In this document: piece by piece, positions 21,030 through 31,298 of the stretch
Numbering within the stretch: the first letter of the stretch is position 1
How the letters are laid out: each line of letters starts with the position of its first letter
DNA from: Clostridia bacterium
GTDB lineage: Bacteria > Bacillota > Clostridia > RGIG6154
Direction: 5' to 3'
NCBI GenBank assembly: GCA_045589295.1
Contig: JAZNOU010000021.1
Coordinates: 36,636-100,635 of the forward strand
Length of the DNA stretch: 64,000 bases
Translations under genes and position numbers: made by a program
The notes under the pieces: model-generated
What the model was told of the DNA's origin: nothing
The model's input: the letters and a program-made list of their open reading frames with translations, nothing else
The model's database searches: none

Positions 21030-21245
21030 TCAGTCAATAATATCTACTTTACCTTCTGCGATTTCGTGAACGGCAACAGAAACAGGTTTATCGCAAATCT
21101 TTTCGTACTCTGTAAGCACATCTGAACGTGATTCTGCTAATTCTCCTGAGATTGCTCTTGCTCTTTTAGCAACCGCCAAAACAAGTGAATAACGGCATGC
21201 GCCATTAGCTTTTTCAATAAGTGATGATAGTGTTGGGTATAACAT
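21030..21245 (-). CDS. rpoZ: RNA polymerase omega subunit
   Basis: MLYP....L, RYSLV.AVAKRAR, KPVSVAVHEI..GK; follows gmk. Confidence 0.93.
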   Translation of the reverse strand: MLYPTLSSLIEKANGACRYSLVLAVAKRARAISGELAESRSDVLTEYEKICDKPVSVAVHEIAEGKVDIID

Positions 21246-21248
21246 AAT

Positions 21249-21854
21249 TTATTCCTCCTGTAAATTTAAATTACATCTTTCTGTTCTTAATTTTTCTACT
21301 TCAATAATTTTATTTATTTTTTCCACTGCATTTTCAACAGTGTCATTTACAATATAATAGTTATATTTGTTTGCAAATTCTAATTCCCTACGAGCTGTAA
21401 TAAGACGTTTTTCAACAACATCTTGTGATTCTGTTCCCCTGCCTTCAAGTCTTTTTCTTAACTCTTCCATTGAAGGCGGAAGAATGAATATGTAAACACC
21501 CTCGGGGTGTTTTGCTTTTATTTGCATTGCTCCTTGCACTTCGATTTCCAAAACAACGTCTTTGCCCTGCTTTATACAATCAAAAACAGGTTTTTTAGGT
21601 GTACCATATCTTTTACCGCAAAAATCTGCCCACTCTAAAAAATAATCTTCTTTGATAAGTTGATTAAATTTTTCCTCATCAAAAAAATGATATGACTTCC
21701 CGTCAATTTCACCTTCACGTGGTTTTCTGGTGGTAGCAGATACAGATAAAAATGCATCCTCTTTTTGTTTAAAATATTCTTTGCAGATAGTTCCCTTCCC
21801 GACACCTGATGGACCTGAAATTACTACCAGTATGCCTTCTTTAGTATTAAGCAT
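21249..21854 (-). CDS. gmk: Guanylate kinase
   Basis: [36 protein letters not shown]. Confidence 0.97.
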   Translation of the reverse strand: MLNTKEGILVVISGPSGVGKGTICKEYFKQKEDAFLSVSATTRKPREGEIDGKSYHFFDEEKFNQLIKEDYFLEWADFCGKRYGTPKKPVFDCIKQGKDVVLEIEVQGAMQIKAKHPEGVYIFILPPSMEELRKRLEGRGTESQDVVEKRLITARRELEFANKYNYYIVNDTVENAVEKINKIIEVEKLRTERCNLNLQEE

Positions 21855-22101
21855 TTTTACCTCCGTTCATCTGTTCAATACGTTGTGTGATTGTATCTGG
21901 CATAAGTGCTGACAATATAATATGACCACTTTCAAATACCAAAACCGCCCTTGTACGTCTGCCACATGTACCATCAACAAGTTTAAACATTTCTTTTGCC
22001 TGTTGCATAAGCCTTTTTATCGGTGCAGAATCGGGAGATACAACAGAAATAAGCTTGTCTGCTGATATCACGTTTCCATATCCTATGTTAATTAAATTCA
22101 T
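21847..22101 (-). CDS. remA: RemA/DUF370 family regulator
   Basis: [36 protein letters not shown]; lies between yicC and gmk. Confidence 0.88.
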   Translation of the reverse strand: MNLINIGYGNVISADKLISVVSPDSAPIKRLMQQAKEMFKLVDGTCGRRTRAVLVFESGHIILSALMPDTITQRIEQMNGGKNA

Positions 22102-22111
22102 AATACTCACC

Positions 22112-22987
22112 TTATTCTATATTCTGAATTTGTTCTCTTATCTTTTCAATCTCGTTCTTAACATTAACTACATATGATGAAATTTTAAGTTCGTTTGACT
22201 TAGAACCTATTGTATTGATTTCCCTGTTCATTTCCTGAACTAAAAAGTCAAACTTCTTTCCAACAGGTTCATTGCTCTCCAAAAGGTCCGCAGCAGCTTT
22301 TAAATGACTCTTTAATCTTACAGTTTCTTCGTCCACACAAACTTTATCTGTATAGATTGCAACTTCCTGAATAATTCTGTTTTCGTCTATAACTGAATTT
22401 TCAAGGGCTTCTGTAATCTTAGCAAAAAGTTTCTGCTTATAAACCTCAATATTAAGGGGAACAAGCTGTTCTATTTCAGAAACAGTATTTTCTATAATTG
22501 AGAGCTTACTCAAAATATCATTTTTAAGTCTTGCACCCTCTTCTTCTCTCATAGCTGTATGATTAGCAAAACATTCTCTCAAAACAGGCTCCAGATATTT
22601 CCAAATTTCTTCCTCAGACTGTTCTTCGTGTTCAATTTTAACAATATCACTGTTTAAAAATCTTGTGGCACACAAATCATATGTAATATCAAGTTCCTCA
22701 CATAACTGTTTAAAAGCAACAGTGTAAGACTGAGCAAGTTCTTTATCTAAAACTACTTTTTTGCCTGAATTTTCTTTTGAGTTTACAGAAATATAAACGT
22801 CAATTTTTCCACGGGAAATATATTCTGCCAAAAGCTTTTTAATTTTATCTTCGGCAAACATAAAATATCTTGGGCTTTTTACGTTTACATCAAAATAGCG
22901 ATTATTTACAGAGCGAACTTCAACCGTAATTTCTCGTTCTTCTGTAACATTCTGTCCTTTACCATAGCCTGTCATACTTTTTATCAC
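22112..22987 (-). CDS. YicC/YloC family endoribonuclease
   Basis: [52 protein letters not shown]; GTG start 22987. Confidence 0.93.
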   Translation of the reverse strand: MIKSMTGYGKGQNVTEEREITVEVRSVNNRYFDVNVKSPRYFMFAEDKIKKLLAEYISRGKIDVYISVNSKENSGKKVVLDKELAQSYTVAFKQLCEELDITYDLCATRFLNSDIVKIEHEEQSEEEIWKYLEPVLRECFANHTAMREEEGARLKNDILSKLSIIENTVSEIEQLVPLNIEVYKQKLFAKITEALENSVIDENRIIQEVAIYTDKVCVDEETVRLKSHLKAAADLLESNEPVGKKFDFLVQEMNREINTIGSKSNELKISSYVVNVKNEIEKIREQIQNIE

Positions 22988-23089
22988 TACAAAATCACCC
23001 ACTTTATAATTATACATACTCATTATAACACAAAATTTCAAAAAAATAAATAGATTTCATGAAAATATTCCAAAAACACTCTAAAATAC

Positions 23090-23118
23090 TTGAAAATCAG
23101 CATAAAAATGTGTATAAT
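23090..23118 (+). promoter_or_regulatory. sigmaA-type promoter for rlmD
   Basis: TTGAAA-17nt-TATAAT with extended -10 TG. Confidence 0.6.
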
Positions 23119-23147
23119 ACTACTAAACTTTTTTATGGAGATTTTGT

Positions 23148-24452
23148 ATGGTTAAAAAAAACAAAACATATACAGATACAGTTGCAGGTTTTGGTGCAGA
23201 CGGCGAAGGTGTTGTAAAACACGAAGGATTCCCCGTCTTTGTTCCGTTTGCCTTAGAGGGTGAGAAAATTGAATATAAAGTTGTTAAAGTTTTAAAAAAT
23301 CATGCATTTGGAAAACTTTTAAAGGTCATTACCCCATCTGCTTCAAGAACAGTTCCTTGTTGTGATATATTTTATAAATGCGGAGGTTGTTCACTTTTAC
23401 ACATTAACTACCAAAAGCAACTTGAAATTAAAAAAGACAATGTAATTAGTTGTATGAAAAAATATTCAGGTAATGAAACTATTGTCAATGACGTTATTCC
23501 ATGCAAAAACATTTACAACTACAGAAACAAAGCTCAATATCCAATAAAAGACGGCAAATGCGGATTTTACGCTTTAAGAAGTCACGACATTGTACCTCTT
23601 GAAACCTGTAAAATTCAAAATACAGATGACCAAAAAATAATAAAAACCGTCCTTGCATATATTAAAATCACAAGTTCGTCCATAAAGCACATATATACAC
23701 GTTATGGCAAAAACGAGTGTATGGTTGTTCTTGTCTCTAAATCAGAAAAACTTAAAAACTCTGACCTGTTAATACAAAAATTACTTGAAACAAGCAATAA
23801 AATTACAAGTGTAATTTTAAATGTAAACAAGGAAGATACAAATGTAATTTTAGGCAAAAAAAATATTACGCTTTATGGGAAAAGCACTATTACCGCATCA
23901 ATTGGCAATCTTGATTTTGAAATCTCTCCCCTTTCTTTTTTTCAGGTGAACAGCACTCAAACAGAAGTTTTGTATGAAACCGCAAAAACACTTGCAAATT
24001 TCAAAAAAACTGACTGCATAATAGATTTGTATTGCGGGACTGGCTCAATCGGTCTTTATATGGCAGACAGTGTCAAAAGTGTGCTTGGCGTTGAAATTAT
24101 TGAAGACGCAGTAATAAATGCTCAAAATAATGCAAAATTAAATAATATACAAAACACAAAATTTGTATGCGGTGCGGCGGAAACTTTAATGCCTGAAATT
24201 ATTAAAAAAGAAGGCAAAATCGACGGAGTTATCTTAGACCCACCAAGAAAAGGCTGTGATGAACTTCTTCTGAATTGTCTGCTTGAAACAAATATTGAAA
24301 AAATTCTTTATATTTCATGCAATCCATCAACACTTGCAAGAGATATAAAAGTTCTATCACAAAAATACACACCATCTGCAATTACTCCTGTCGACATGTT
24401 TCCCAACACAAGTCATGTGGAGTGCGTATGTTGCTTAACAAAACATAAATAG
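23148..24452 (+). CDS. rlmD: 23S rRNA m5U1939 methyltransferase (RlmD/RumA family)
   Basis: TRAM domain, C....CGGC, YRNK, SFFQVN, DLYCGTG, LDPPRKG, YISCNP.TLARD, DMFP.TSHVE. Confidence 0.92.
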   Translation: MVKKNKTYTDTVAGFGADGEGVVKHEGFPVFVPFALEGEKIEYKVVKVLKNHAFGKLLKVITPSASRTVPCCDIFYKCGGCSLLHINYQKQLEIKKDNVISCMKKYSGNETIVNDVIPCKNIYNYRNKAQYPIKDGKCGFYALRSHDIVPLETCKIQNTDDQKIIKTVLAYIKITSSSIKHIYTRYGKNECMVVLVSKSEKLKNSDLLIQKLLETSNKITSVILNVNKEDTNVILGKKNITLYGKSTITASIGNLDFEISPLSFFQVNSTQTEVLYETAKTLANFKKTDCIIDLYCGTGSIGLYMADSVKSVLGVEIIEDAVINAQNNAKLNNIQNTKFVCGAAETLMPEIIKKEGKIDGVILDPPRKGCDELLLNCLLETNIEKILYISCNPSTLARDIKVLSQKYTPSAITPVDMFPNTSHVECVCCLTKHK

Positions 24453-24467
24453 ATTTTTAAATTTAGA

Positions 24468-24496
24468 TTGATTTATTTTGAAAAAAATGTTATAAT
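24468..24496 (+). promoter_or_regulatory. sigmaA-type promoter for decarboxylase beta/gamma genes
   Basis: TTGATT-17nt-TATAAT with extended -10 TG. Confidence 0.55.
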
Positions 24497-24525
24497 TTAT
24501 CATCTTTTACTTAATGGAGGTTAAA

Positions 24526-25614
24526 ATGGAAATTCTTTATTCAAACATTCTGCAAATTGAATGGCAACAAGTTGTTATGTGGCTGATAGGTGGAATTTTA
24601 ATCTATCTTGCAATTAAGAAAGATATGGAACCAACCTTGCTTCTCCCTATGGGTTTTGGGGCAATTTTAGTAAACCTTCCCCACTCAGGTGCAGTTGAAA
24701 CTTTGGAGACTCTTTTTAATGCAGGTATTGCCAACGAACTTTTCCCGCTTATACTTTTTATCGGTATCGGCGCAATGATTGACTTTGGTCCGCTCCTTTC
24801 AAACCCTAAACTTATGATTTTTGGTGCGGCAGCTCAATTTGGTATCTTTTTCACTCTCTGCCTTGCTTCAATGTTCTTTGATTTGAACGATGCCGCTTCA
24901 ATTGGTGTTATAGGCGCTGCCGATGGTCCTACTTCAATCGTAGTAGCTCAGGCTCTTAATTCTAAATATGTCGGCGCAATTATGGTTGCTGCATATTCAT
25001 ATATGGCTCTTGTTCCAATTATTCAACCGCCAGTAATCAAGCTTCTTACTACAAAAAAAGAACGTATGATAAGAATGCCTTATTCTACAACTTCTGTTTC
25101 AAAAACAACCAAGATTCTTTTCCCAATTATAATCACTGTTATTGCAGGCTTAGTTGCTCCCGAATCAGTTGCGTTGGTAGGTTTCTTAATGTTTGGTAAC
25201 TTAATTCGAGAATGCGGAGTATTAAACTCACTTTCAGAAACAGCACAAAAAGTTTTAGCAAATCTTATTACTATTTTCTTAGGTATAACAATAGCACTTC
25301 GTATGCAGGCTGCAGAATTTTTACAACCTGAAACCCTTTTGATTTTAGGCCTTGGATTATTCGCATTTATATTTGATACTGCTGGTGGCGTTTTATTTGC
25401 AAAGTTTTTAAATCTGTTTACCAAAAAGAAAATTAACCCAATGATTGGTGCAGCCGGAATTTCAGCTTTCCCAATGTCAGGAAGAGTTGTTCATAAAATG
25501 GCTTTAAAAGAAGACTCACAAAACTTCTTACTCATGCATTCAATGGGTGTTAACGTTTCAGGTCAGATTGCTTCTGTTATTGCGGGCGGTCTTATTCTTA
25601 AATTCTTTATGTAA
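24526..25614 (+). CDS. Na+-translocating decarboxylase beta subunit (OadB/GcdB/MmdB family)
   Basis: EP.LLLPMGFG, FIGIGAMIDFGP, GAAAQFGIF, IG.ADGPT, AAYSYMALVPIIQPP, NPMIGAAGISAFP, N..GQI.S. Confidence 0.93.
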   Translation: MEILYSNILQIEWQQVVMWLIGGILIYLAIKKDMEPTLLLPMGFGAILVNLPHSGAVETLETLFNAGIANELFPLILFIGIGAMIDFGPLLSNPKLMIFGAAAQFGIFFTLCLASMFFDLNDAASIGVIGAADGPTSIVVAQALNSKYVGAIMVAAYSYMALVPIIQPPVIKLLTTKKERMIRMPYSTTSVSKTTKILFPIIITVIAGLVAPESVALVGFLMFGNLIRECGVLNSLSETAQKVLANLITIFLGITIALRMQAAEFLQPETLLILGLGLFAFIFDTAGGVLFAKFLNLFTKKKINPMIGAAGISAFPMSGRVVHKMALKEDSQNFLLMHSMGVNVSGQIASVIAGGLILKFFM

Positions 25615-25628
25615 CAGGAGGTATTGAT

Positions 25629-25766
25629 ATGGAATTTAACGCTATGAATTTTATTTATAATCTAAAATATATGGGTCTTGGAATGCTCGGAATTTTAGTT
25701 GTAATAGGTGTTATTATACTCGTTACAATGATTCTGAACAAAGTTACAAAACCTGAAGAAAAATAA
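25629..25766 (+). CDS. Decarboxylase gamma/delta-like small subunit (OadG family), 45 aa, not in ORF track
   Basis: GGAGG RBS then MEFNAMNFIYNLKYMGLGMLGILVVIGVIILVTMILNKVTKPEEK*; single TM with G.GM.G pattern directly after the beta subunit. Confidence 0.7.
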   Translation: MEFNAMNFIYNLKYMGLGMLGILVVIGVIILVTMILNKVTKPEEK

Positions 25767-25786
25767 TTTATAATTTAATGTATATA

Positions 25787-25820
25787 AAATGCAGAAAAAA
25801 CTTGATTTTTTCTGCATTTT
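25787..25820 (+). terminator. Inverted repeat after oadG-like gene, overlapping a TTGATT-17-TAAAAT promoter candidate for the tRNA
   Basis: AAATGCAGAAAAAA-CTTGA-TTTTTTCTGCATTTT. Confidence 0.5.
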
Positions 25821-25876
25821 ATGTTAAAATTTTTATATTGTTTATGCCTTTTCTATATGAGGTTAAAACTAAATAC

Positions 25877-25963
25877 GCGGATATGGCGGAATTGGCAGAC
25901 GCGCATGGTTCAGGTCCATGTGAAAGCGATTTCATGCAGGTTCAAGTCCTGTTATCCGCACCA
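25877..25963 (+). tRNA. tRNA-Leu (anticodon CAG)
   Basis: GCGGATA/TATCCGC acceptor stem, D-loop GGCAGAC, anticodon arm CATGG-TTCAGGT-CCATG, long variable arm, GGTTCAAGTCC T-arm, encoded CCA. Confidence 0.96.
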
Positions 25964-25972
25964 TTTTCAAAT

Positions 25973-26005
25973 TGCTTACGAGAGAAAGCTCGTAAGCATT
26001 TTTTT
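25973..26005 (+). terminator. Intrinsic terminator after tRNA-Leu
   Basis: TGCTTACGAG-agaaag-CTCGTAAGCA followed by a T-run. Confidence 0.75.
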
Positions 26006-26011
26006 ATATAT

Positions 26012-26049
26012 AAAAAAGCGTAAATCTCAAATGTTGATTTACGCTTTTT
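26012..26049 (-). terminator. Intrinsic terminator ending the hfs-hdr-frd-pckA run
   Basis: AAAAAGCGTAAATC...GATTTACGCTTTTT inverted repeat with A/T tails on both sides. Confidence 0.7.
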
Positions 26050-26096
26050 ACTTTATCGTGTTTGAATTTATGAAAATTGTTTATCAAATGCTAGAA

Positions 26097-27701
26097 TTAA
26101 ACGCGAGGACCTGCGCTTACTAATGCTTTACCTGCATCATTACCAGTGTATTTATCAAAGTTTTTAACAAAACGAGCAGCAAGATCTTTTGCTTTTTCAT
26201 CCCACTGCGAAGCATCTTCATATGTATCGCGAGGATCTAAAATACCAGTATCAACGCCAGGAAGTGCTGTTGGAACTGCCAAATTAAAGTAAGGTATTTC
26301 TTTTGTTTCAGCCTTCAAGATTGAACCATCTAAAATAGCGTCAATAATACCTCTTGTATCTTTAATTGAGATACGTTTACCTGTACCATTCCATCCTGTA
26401 TTTACAAGATATGCTTTAGCACCGCTCTTTTCCATTTTCTTAACAAGTTCTTCTGCATACTTTGTTGGATGAAGTTCTAAGAATGCCTGACCGAAGCATG
26501 CTGAGAATGTTGGTGTAGGTTCTGTGATGCCGCGTTCTGTACCTGCAAGTTTTGAGGTAAAACCTGACAAGAAATAATACTGAGCCTGTTCAGGTGTTAA
26601 AATTGAAACAGGAGGAAGTACACCAAATGCATCTGCTGAAAGGAAAATAACATTCTTAGCGTCAGGTGCTGCAGATACAGGGCGTACAATCTTTTCGATA
26701 TGGTCGATAGGATATGATACACGTGTGTTTTCTGTAACAGAACCATCATCAAAATCGCAAACGCCGTTTGCATCAACGGTAACGTTTTCCAAAAGCGCAT
26801 TACGTTTGATTGCTTTATAGATATCTGGTTCTGATTCTTTATCAAGGTTTATAACCTTTGCATAGCAACCACCTTCAAAGTTAAATACGCCTTTATCATC
26901 CCAACCGTGTTCATCATCACCGATCAAAAGTCTTTTCGGATCAGTTGAAAGTGTTGTTTTACCGGTACCTGAAAGCCCGAAGAAGAGCGCTGTATTTTCG
27001 CCATTCATATCCGTGTTTGCTGAACAGTGCATTGAAGCCATACCTTTAAGAGGCAAATAGTAGTTCATCATTGAGAACATACCTTTTTTCATTTCCCCAC
27101 CATACCATGTATTTAAGATAACCTGTTCTCTTGATGTGATATTAAATACTACAGCTGTTTCTGAATTAAGGCCTAATTCTTTAAAGTTGTCTACCTTTGC
27201 TTTTGAAGCGTTATAGCAAACAAAGTCAGGTTCAAAGTTTTCAAGTTCTTCTTCAGTTGGGTTGATGAACATATTTTTAACAAAATGAGCCTGCCAAGCA
27301 ACTTCCATAATAAATCTGATTGACATTCTTGAGTCTTCGTTAGCACCGCAGAACACATCAACAACATAAAGTTTTTTGTCTGAAAGTTCTTTTACTGCAA
27401 TCTCTTTCAATTCTTTCCATGCTGTTTCGCTGCAAGGGTGGTTATCATTCTTAAATTCATCTGATGTCCACCAAACAGTATCTTTTGAATTTTCATCCAT
27501 AACGATGAATTTATCTTTTGGTGAGCGACCTGTGTAAATACCTGTCATTACATTAACTGCACCAAGTTCGGTTTCCTGTCCTTTTTCAAATCCTTCCAAA
27601 GAAGGTTCTGTTTCTGCTGCAAATAATTCTTCGTATGAAGGATTGTGAATAATTTCTTTCACACCTGTAATACCATATTTGCTTAAATCAACATTTTTCA
27701 T
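26097..27701 (-). CDS. pckA: Phosphoenolpyruvate carboxykinase (ATP)
   Basis: [56 protein letters not shown]. Confidence 0.98.
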   Translation of the reverse strand: MKNVDLSKYGITGVKEIIHNPSYEELFAAETEPSLEGFEKGQETELGAVNVMTGIYTGRSPKDKFIVMDENSKDTVWWTSDEFKNDNHPCSETAWKELKEIAVKELSDKKLYVVDVFCGANEDSRMSIRFIMEVAWQAHFVKNMFINPTEEELENFEPDFVCYNASKAKVDNFKELGLNSETAVVFNITSREQVILNTWYGGEMKKGMFSMMNYYLPLKGMASMHCSANTDMNGENTALFFGLSGTGKTTLSTDPKRLLIGDDEHGWDDKGVFNFEGGCYAKVINLDKESEPDIYKAIKRNALLENVTVDANGVCDFDDGSVTENTRVSYPIDHIEKIVRPVSAAPDAKNVIFLSADAFGVLPPVSILTPEQAQYYFLSGFTSKLAGTERGITEPTPTFSACFGQAFLELHPTKYAEELVKKMEKSGAKAYLVNTGWNGTGKRISIKDTRGIIDAILDGSILKAETKEIPYFNLAVPTALPGVDTGILDPRDTYEDASQWDEKAKDLAARFVKNFDKYTGNDAGKALVSAGPRV

Positions 27702-27724
27702 ATTAAAACTCCTCTCTTAACTAA

Positions 27725-28987
27725 TTAAAATAATATTATAATAAATTGTGAAACAAGCACAACCGCAATCAATGCAATTGGGTATGTAGCCGCATAAGCT
27801 GCTGCAACATCTTCTGTACCTGCTACACCGATAAGAGTACCGAGAGCAGGAGTACTTGTCATACCGCCTGTGATTGAACCTAAGTTATTGAGCAAGCTGA
27901 GTTTAAGTACATATTTTGCAAAGATGTAACCGATGACCAATGGGAATATTGTCATAACGATGCCATATACGAAGTACATTGGGTCAAAGTTTGCAACAAA
28001 TTCAGCACCACCAGGGATACCTGCACCAACCAAGAAAAGGACAAGACCTAATTCTCTGAAGAGTTTAAGTGTGCTATGGTTTGGCATAATGCTGATTTTG
28101 CCGATTCTGCCGAAGTGACCCAAAATCAAGCTCATAAGCAAGCAACCCCCTGTGGTTGTAAGTGAGAAGCAAGTACCTGATAATCCTGCAGAAGAAAGCG
28201 GAATTTTGACCTGTCCTACAATTGTACCCAAAATTGCTGCAAGACAGAATCCTGCGATACCCATGTGGTCGATTTCAAACAAATTAAGCTTTGCTCTTTC
28301 TTCGCCTGCTTCTGATTTGATAGCAATTTTTGCACGTTCTTCTTCCATATTTGCTTTTGCAAGTTTTGGAATAATCTGAACGAAGAGAACAACGCCCACA
28401 ACACCAAAAATGTAAGCAATACCGTGACCTACAGAAACAAGCCCTGTAAATTCCTCAGCAACAGTTGCTTTTGCTGCTGAAAACGCAGGAGTTGATGTAA
28501 GTGAACCTGAAAGGAGACCTACAATCATAGCTACAAATCCGTCCTGACTTTCGATTGTTGCACCATAGCCGAAGATTTCACCGGCGTAGATACAAGCAAC
28601 TGCAGAAAGTCCGCCTGCAAGAATGATGATTGCACCTAAAAGTACATAAGACTTAAAGTTTCTTTTGAAATTACCGAAAAATTTAGGTCCTGCAATGTAA
28701 CCAACTGATGTTACAAAAAGAACAAGTCCAAGACTTTCGATAATTGAAAAACCTGTTGAAAAATCATAAGGTTTTGAAGAAGCAGCAAACAAAAGATCGC
28801 CTGCTTCGTTAACGCCAAAGCAAAGTGCGCCGATAAGGAGCGCAATGATAAATACTCCGGCATCGCCGAGTGATACACCTTTAATTGTTATTCTTCCTAA
28901 GAGATAACCTAAAAGGAGAACACTGAAAGTAACAAACAACAATGTATAAATATTGCTGATTGAAATAACGCCATTCAATAAGCTCAT
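27725..28987 (-). CDS. AspT/YidE/YbjL (AAE family) transporter, candidate succinate exporter
   Basis: Two repeated membrane domains each with G..TSTPA; LG.AGVF, GLVLFV..VG..AGP.F; no RCK/TrkA-C insert. Confidence 0.8.
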   Translation of the reverse strand: MSLLNGVISISNIYTLLFVTFSVLLLGYLLGRITIKGVSLGDAGVFIIALLIGALCFGVNEAGDLLFAASSKPYDFSTGFSIIESLGLVLFVTSVGYIAGPKFFGNFKRNFKSYVLLGAIIILAGGLSAVACIYAGEIFGYGATIESQDGFVAMIVGLLSGSLTSTPAFSAAKATVAEEFTGLVSVGHGIAYIFGVVGVVLFVQIIPKLAKANMEEERAKIAIKSEAGEERAKLNLFEIDHMGIAGFCLAAILGTIVGQVKIPLSSAGLSGTCFSLTTTGGCLLMSLILGHFGRIGKISIMPNHSTLKLFRELGLVLFLVGAGIPGGAEFVANFDPMYFVYGIVMTIFPLVIGYIFAKYVLKLSLLNNLGSITGGMTSTPALGTLIGVAGTEDVAAAYAATYPIALIAVVLVSQFIIILF

Positions 28988-29002
28988 TTATTATTCCTCC
29001 AA

Positions 29003-30598
29003 TTATTCTCTTGTGTAATTAGGTAAAAGTTTAGGAGAAACTGTGTCTGTAGTAATACCTGCATCTGCAATTTCTTTTTCAAATTTACCAACATGGGCAA
29101 GTGAAAGCTTACCAACTTTAACATCTTTAGATTTTGCAGCAGCATTTTTACCTGCGCTTCTGCCAAATACGATGATGTCGAGAAGTGAGTTACCCATAAG
29201 TCTGTTTTTACCGTGGATTCCGCCGACTGCTTCACCTGCAACAAAGAGGTTTTCAACGTTTGTTGTCATACAGTCTGCAGTAATGTCAAGACCGCCATTT
29301 TGATAATGAAGTGTAGGATAAACAAGGATTGGTTCTTTTCTGATATCAATACCATATTTAGCAAACATTCTCCACATAGCAGGAATTCTCTTCATAATTG
29401 TACCTTCTCCACCGATTTTCTCAATCATCGGAGTATCAAGCCATACACCTTTTCCGCTACCTGTGTCAATACCATTATCTCTTTCAGAACATTCACGGAT
29501 AATAGATGCTGCAGAAACGTCACGTGTTTCAAGCGGATGCATAAATACTTCACCGTTTTCATTTACAAGTTTTGCACCAAGTGAACGAACTTTTTCAGTA
29601 ACCAAAGCACCAAATATCTGTTCAGGATAAGCAACACCTGTTGGATGATACTGAAGTGTTTCAGCATAAAGAAGTTTTGCGCCTGCTCTATATCCTAAAA
29701 CAAGGCCATCAGCAGTTGCACCATAATGGTTTGAAGTCGGAAAACCCTGATAATGCATACGTCCTGCACCACCTGTTGCGATGATTACAGTTTTAGCTTT
29801 TGCAACCAAAAGTTCTTTGGTTTCCATATTCATTAAAACTGCACCTGCAGCATTGCCGTTTTCATCTAAAATAAGTTCAATTGCAGATGTAAAATCAACA
29901 ACTGGAATATTACGATTTAACACTTCATCACGAAGAGTTCTCATAATTTCAGCACCTGAATAGTCTTTTGCTGCGTGCATTCTTTTTCTTGAAGTACCGC
30001 CACCGTGAGTTGTAACCATTGTACCATCAGCTTCTTTGTCAAATTCAACACCTAAGTTGCTAAGCCACAAAATAGCTTCAGGAGCGTCACAAACGAGCTT
30101 TGACAAAAGTTCTTTTTTCGCAGCAAAATGTCCCCCACCAAAAGCATCTACAAAATGGATTGCCGGTGAATCGTTTGGCTTATCGGCCGCCTGAATACCA
30201 CCTTCTGCCATCATTGTATTTGCATCGCCCATTCTGAGCTTTGTAACAATCATAACATTAGCGCCTGCTTCGTGAGCTTCAATAGCAGCAGATGTACCTG
30301 CACCACCTGCACCGATGATCAATACGTCGGTTTCGTAGTCAGGATTTTCAAGATCAACTGAATCTTCTGTGATGCGGCTGTGTGCCTGCAAAATTTCAGC
30401 AAGTTCAGTAGGAACTTTTTCTCCCTTGTTAGGTCCTATTTTTAAAACGTTAAATTCGTCCTGTTTGTAGTCCGGATGAAAAGCTGCAAGCAAATCTTCC
30501 TTCTGCTTTGCAGTCATACGATCCGGCTCTAATGCAATATTTTTCTCTCTTGCTGCTTCAACTGCGGCAATAGATTTTTGAAATTTTTCCGAATACAT
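29003..30598 (-). CDS. Soluble fumarate reductase/succinate dehydrogenase flavoprotein (FrdA/TfrA-like)
   Basis: GAGGAG FAD site, MAEGG, ATGG, QYHPT, TEKVR, TRD, LHYQNGG, AGE, HGKNRLMGNSL dicarboxylate-site residues; ATG 30598. Confidence 0.88.
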   Translation of the reverse strand: MYSEKFQKSIAAVEAAREKNIALEPDRMTAKQKEDLLAAFHPDYKQDEFNVLKIGPNKGEKVPTELAEILQAHSRITEDSVDLENPDYETDVLIIGAGGAGTSAAIEAHEAGANVMIVTKLRMGDANTMMAEGGIQAADKPNDSPAIHFVDAFGGGHFAAKKELLSKLVCDAPEAILWLSNLGVEFDKEADGTMVTTHGGGTSRKRMHAAKDYSGAEIMRTLRDEVLNRNIPVVDFTSAIELILDENGNAAGAVLMNMETKELLVAKAKTVIIATGGAGRMHYQGFPTSNHYGATADGLVLGYRAGAKLLYAETLQYHPTGVAYPEQIFGALVTEKVRSLGAKLVNENGEVFMHPLETRDVSAASIIRECSERDNGIDTGSGKGVWLDTPMIEKIGGEGTIMKRIPAMWRMFAKYGIDIRKEPILVYPTLHYQNGGLDITADCMTTNVENLFVAGEAVGGIHGKNRLMGNSLLDIIVFGRSAGKNAAAKSKDVKVGKLSLAHVGKFEKEIADAGITTDTVSPKLLPNYTRE

Positions 30599-30611
30599 AT
30601 TCTTTTCCTCC

Positions 30612-31286
30612 TTACTTCTCGATTTCACGGGTATTGTAAAGTTCTTTCATTTCATCGATTGGTTTGTTCATAAGAGCTTCAATAAGTTCTTTAAAGTCAC
30701 CATTTTGAATTTCTTTAACTCTGTCTTCCAAGTGACCGCAACCAGGTGCTAAGTATTTACCGTTGATTCTTCTTGCAAGCATTGCAACCTGAGGATGTGA
30801 AATTCCTGCAGGACATCTTGAAGAACAAACTCCGCACATTACACAATCAAATGATTCTTCAGCACAAGCTTCAAAATCGCCACGCTGAGCGTATGCGATA
30901 TACTGCATAACGTTAAGCTCCTGAGTACAAGCCTTTGTGCAGGCGTTACAACCAATACAAGCATAAATCTCAGGATAAAGTTGCATCATAACAGACTCAT
31001 TTACAGGTATCTTTTCGATATCATATCCTTCCTTAACAAGTGGAAAGAAAGGAAGTGTTGCGATGTACATATTATCTTCAACCTTAGTCTGGCAAGCAAG
31101 ACAAGCCTTAAGTTCTTTATCGCCTTTAATGCGGTAAATAGTTGCACAAGCACCGCAAAAACCATTACGGCATCCGCAACCGCGAACCAACTGGTATCCA
31201 GCATATTCCATAGCGGTCATAATTGTTAAATTTTCAGGCACTTCATATTTTTTACCGAAAAGAAATATATTAACTAATTTTTCCAT
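30612..31286 (-). CDS. Fumarate reductase iron-sulfur subunit (FrdB-like)
   Basis: CRNGFCGAC...LAC [2Fe-2S] plus CIGCNACTKAC and CVMCGVCSSRCP; next to the flavoprotein. Confidence 0.82.
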   Translation of the reverse strand: MEKLVNIFLFGKKYEVPENLTIMTAMEYAGYQLVRGCGCRNGFCGACATIYRIKGDKELKACLACQTKVEDNMYIATLPFFPLVKEGYDIEKIPVNESVMMQLYPEIYACIGCNACTKACTQELNVMQYIAYAQRGDFEACAEESFDCVMCGVCSSRCPAGISHPQVAMLARRINGKYLAPGCGHLEDRVKEIQNGDFKELIEALMNKPIDEMKELYNTREIEK

Positions 31287-31298
31287 GTTACCTCTCCT

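Noticed and set aside
25778-26123. ORFs of 81 and 100 aa over the tRNA region
   Set aside because: They overlap tRNA-Leu and terminator hairpins; spurious.
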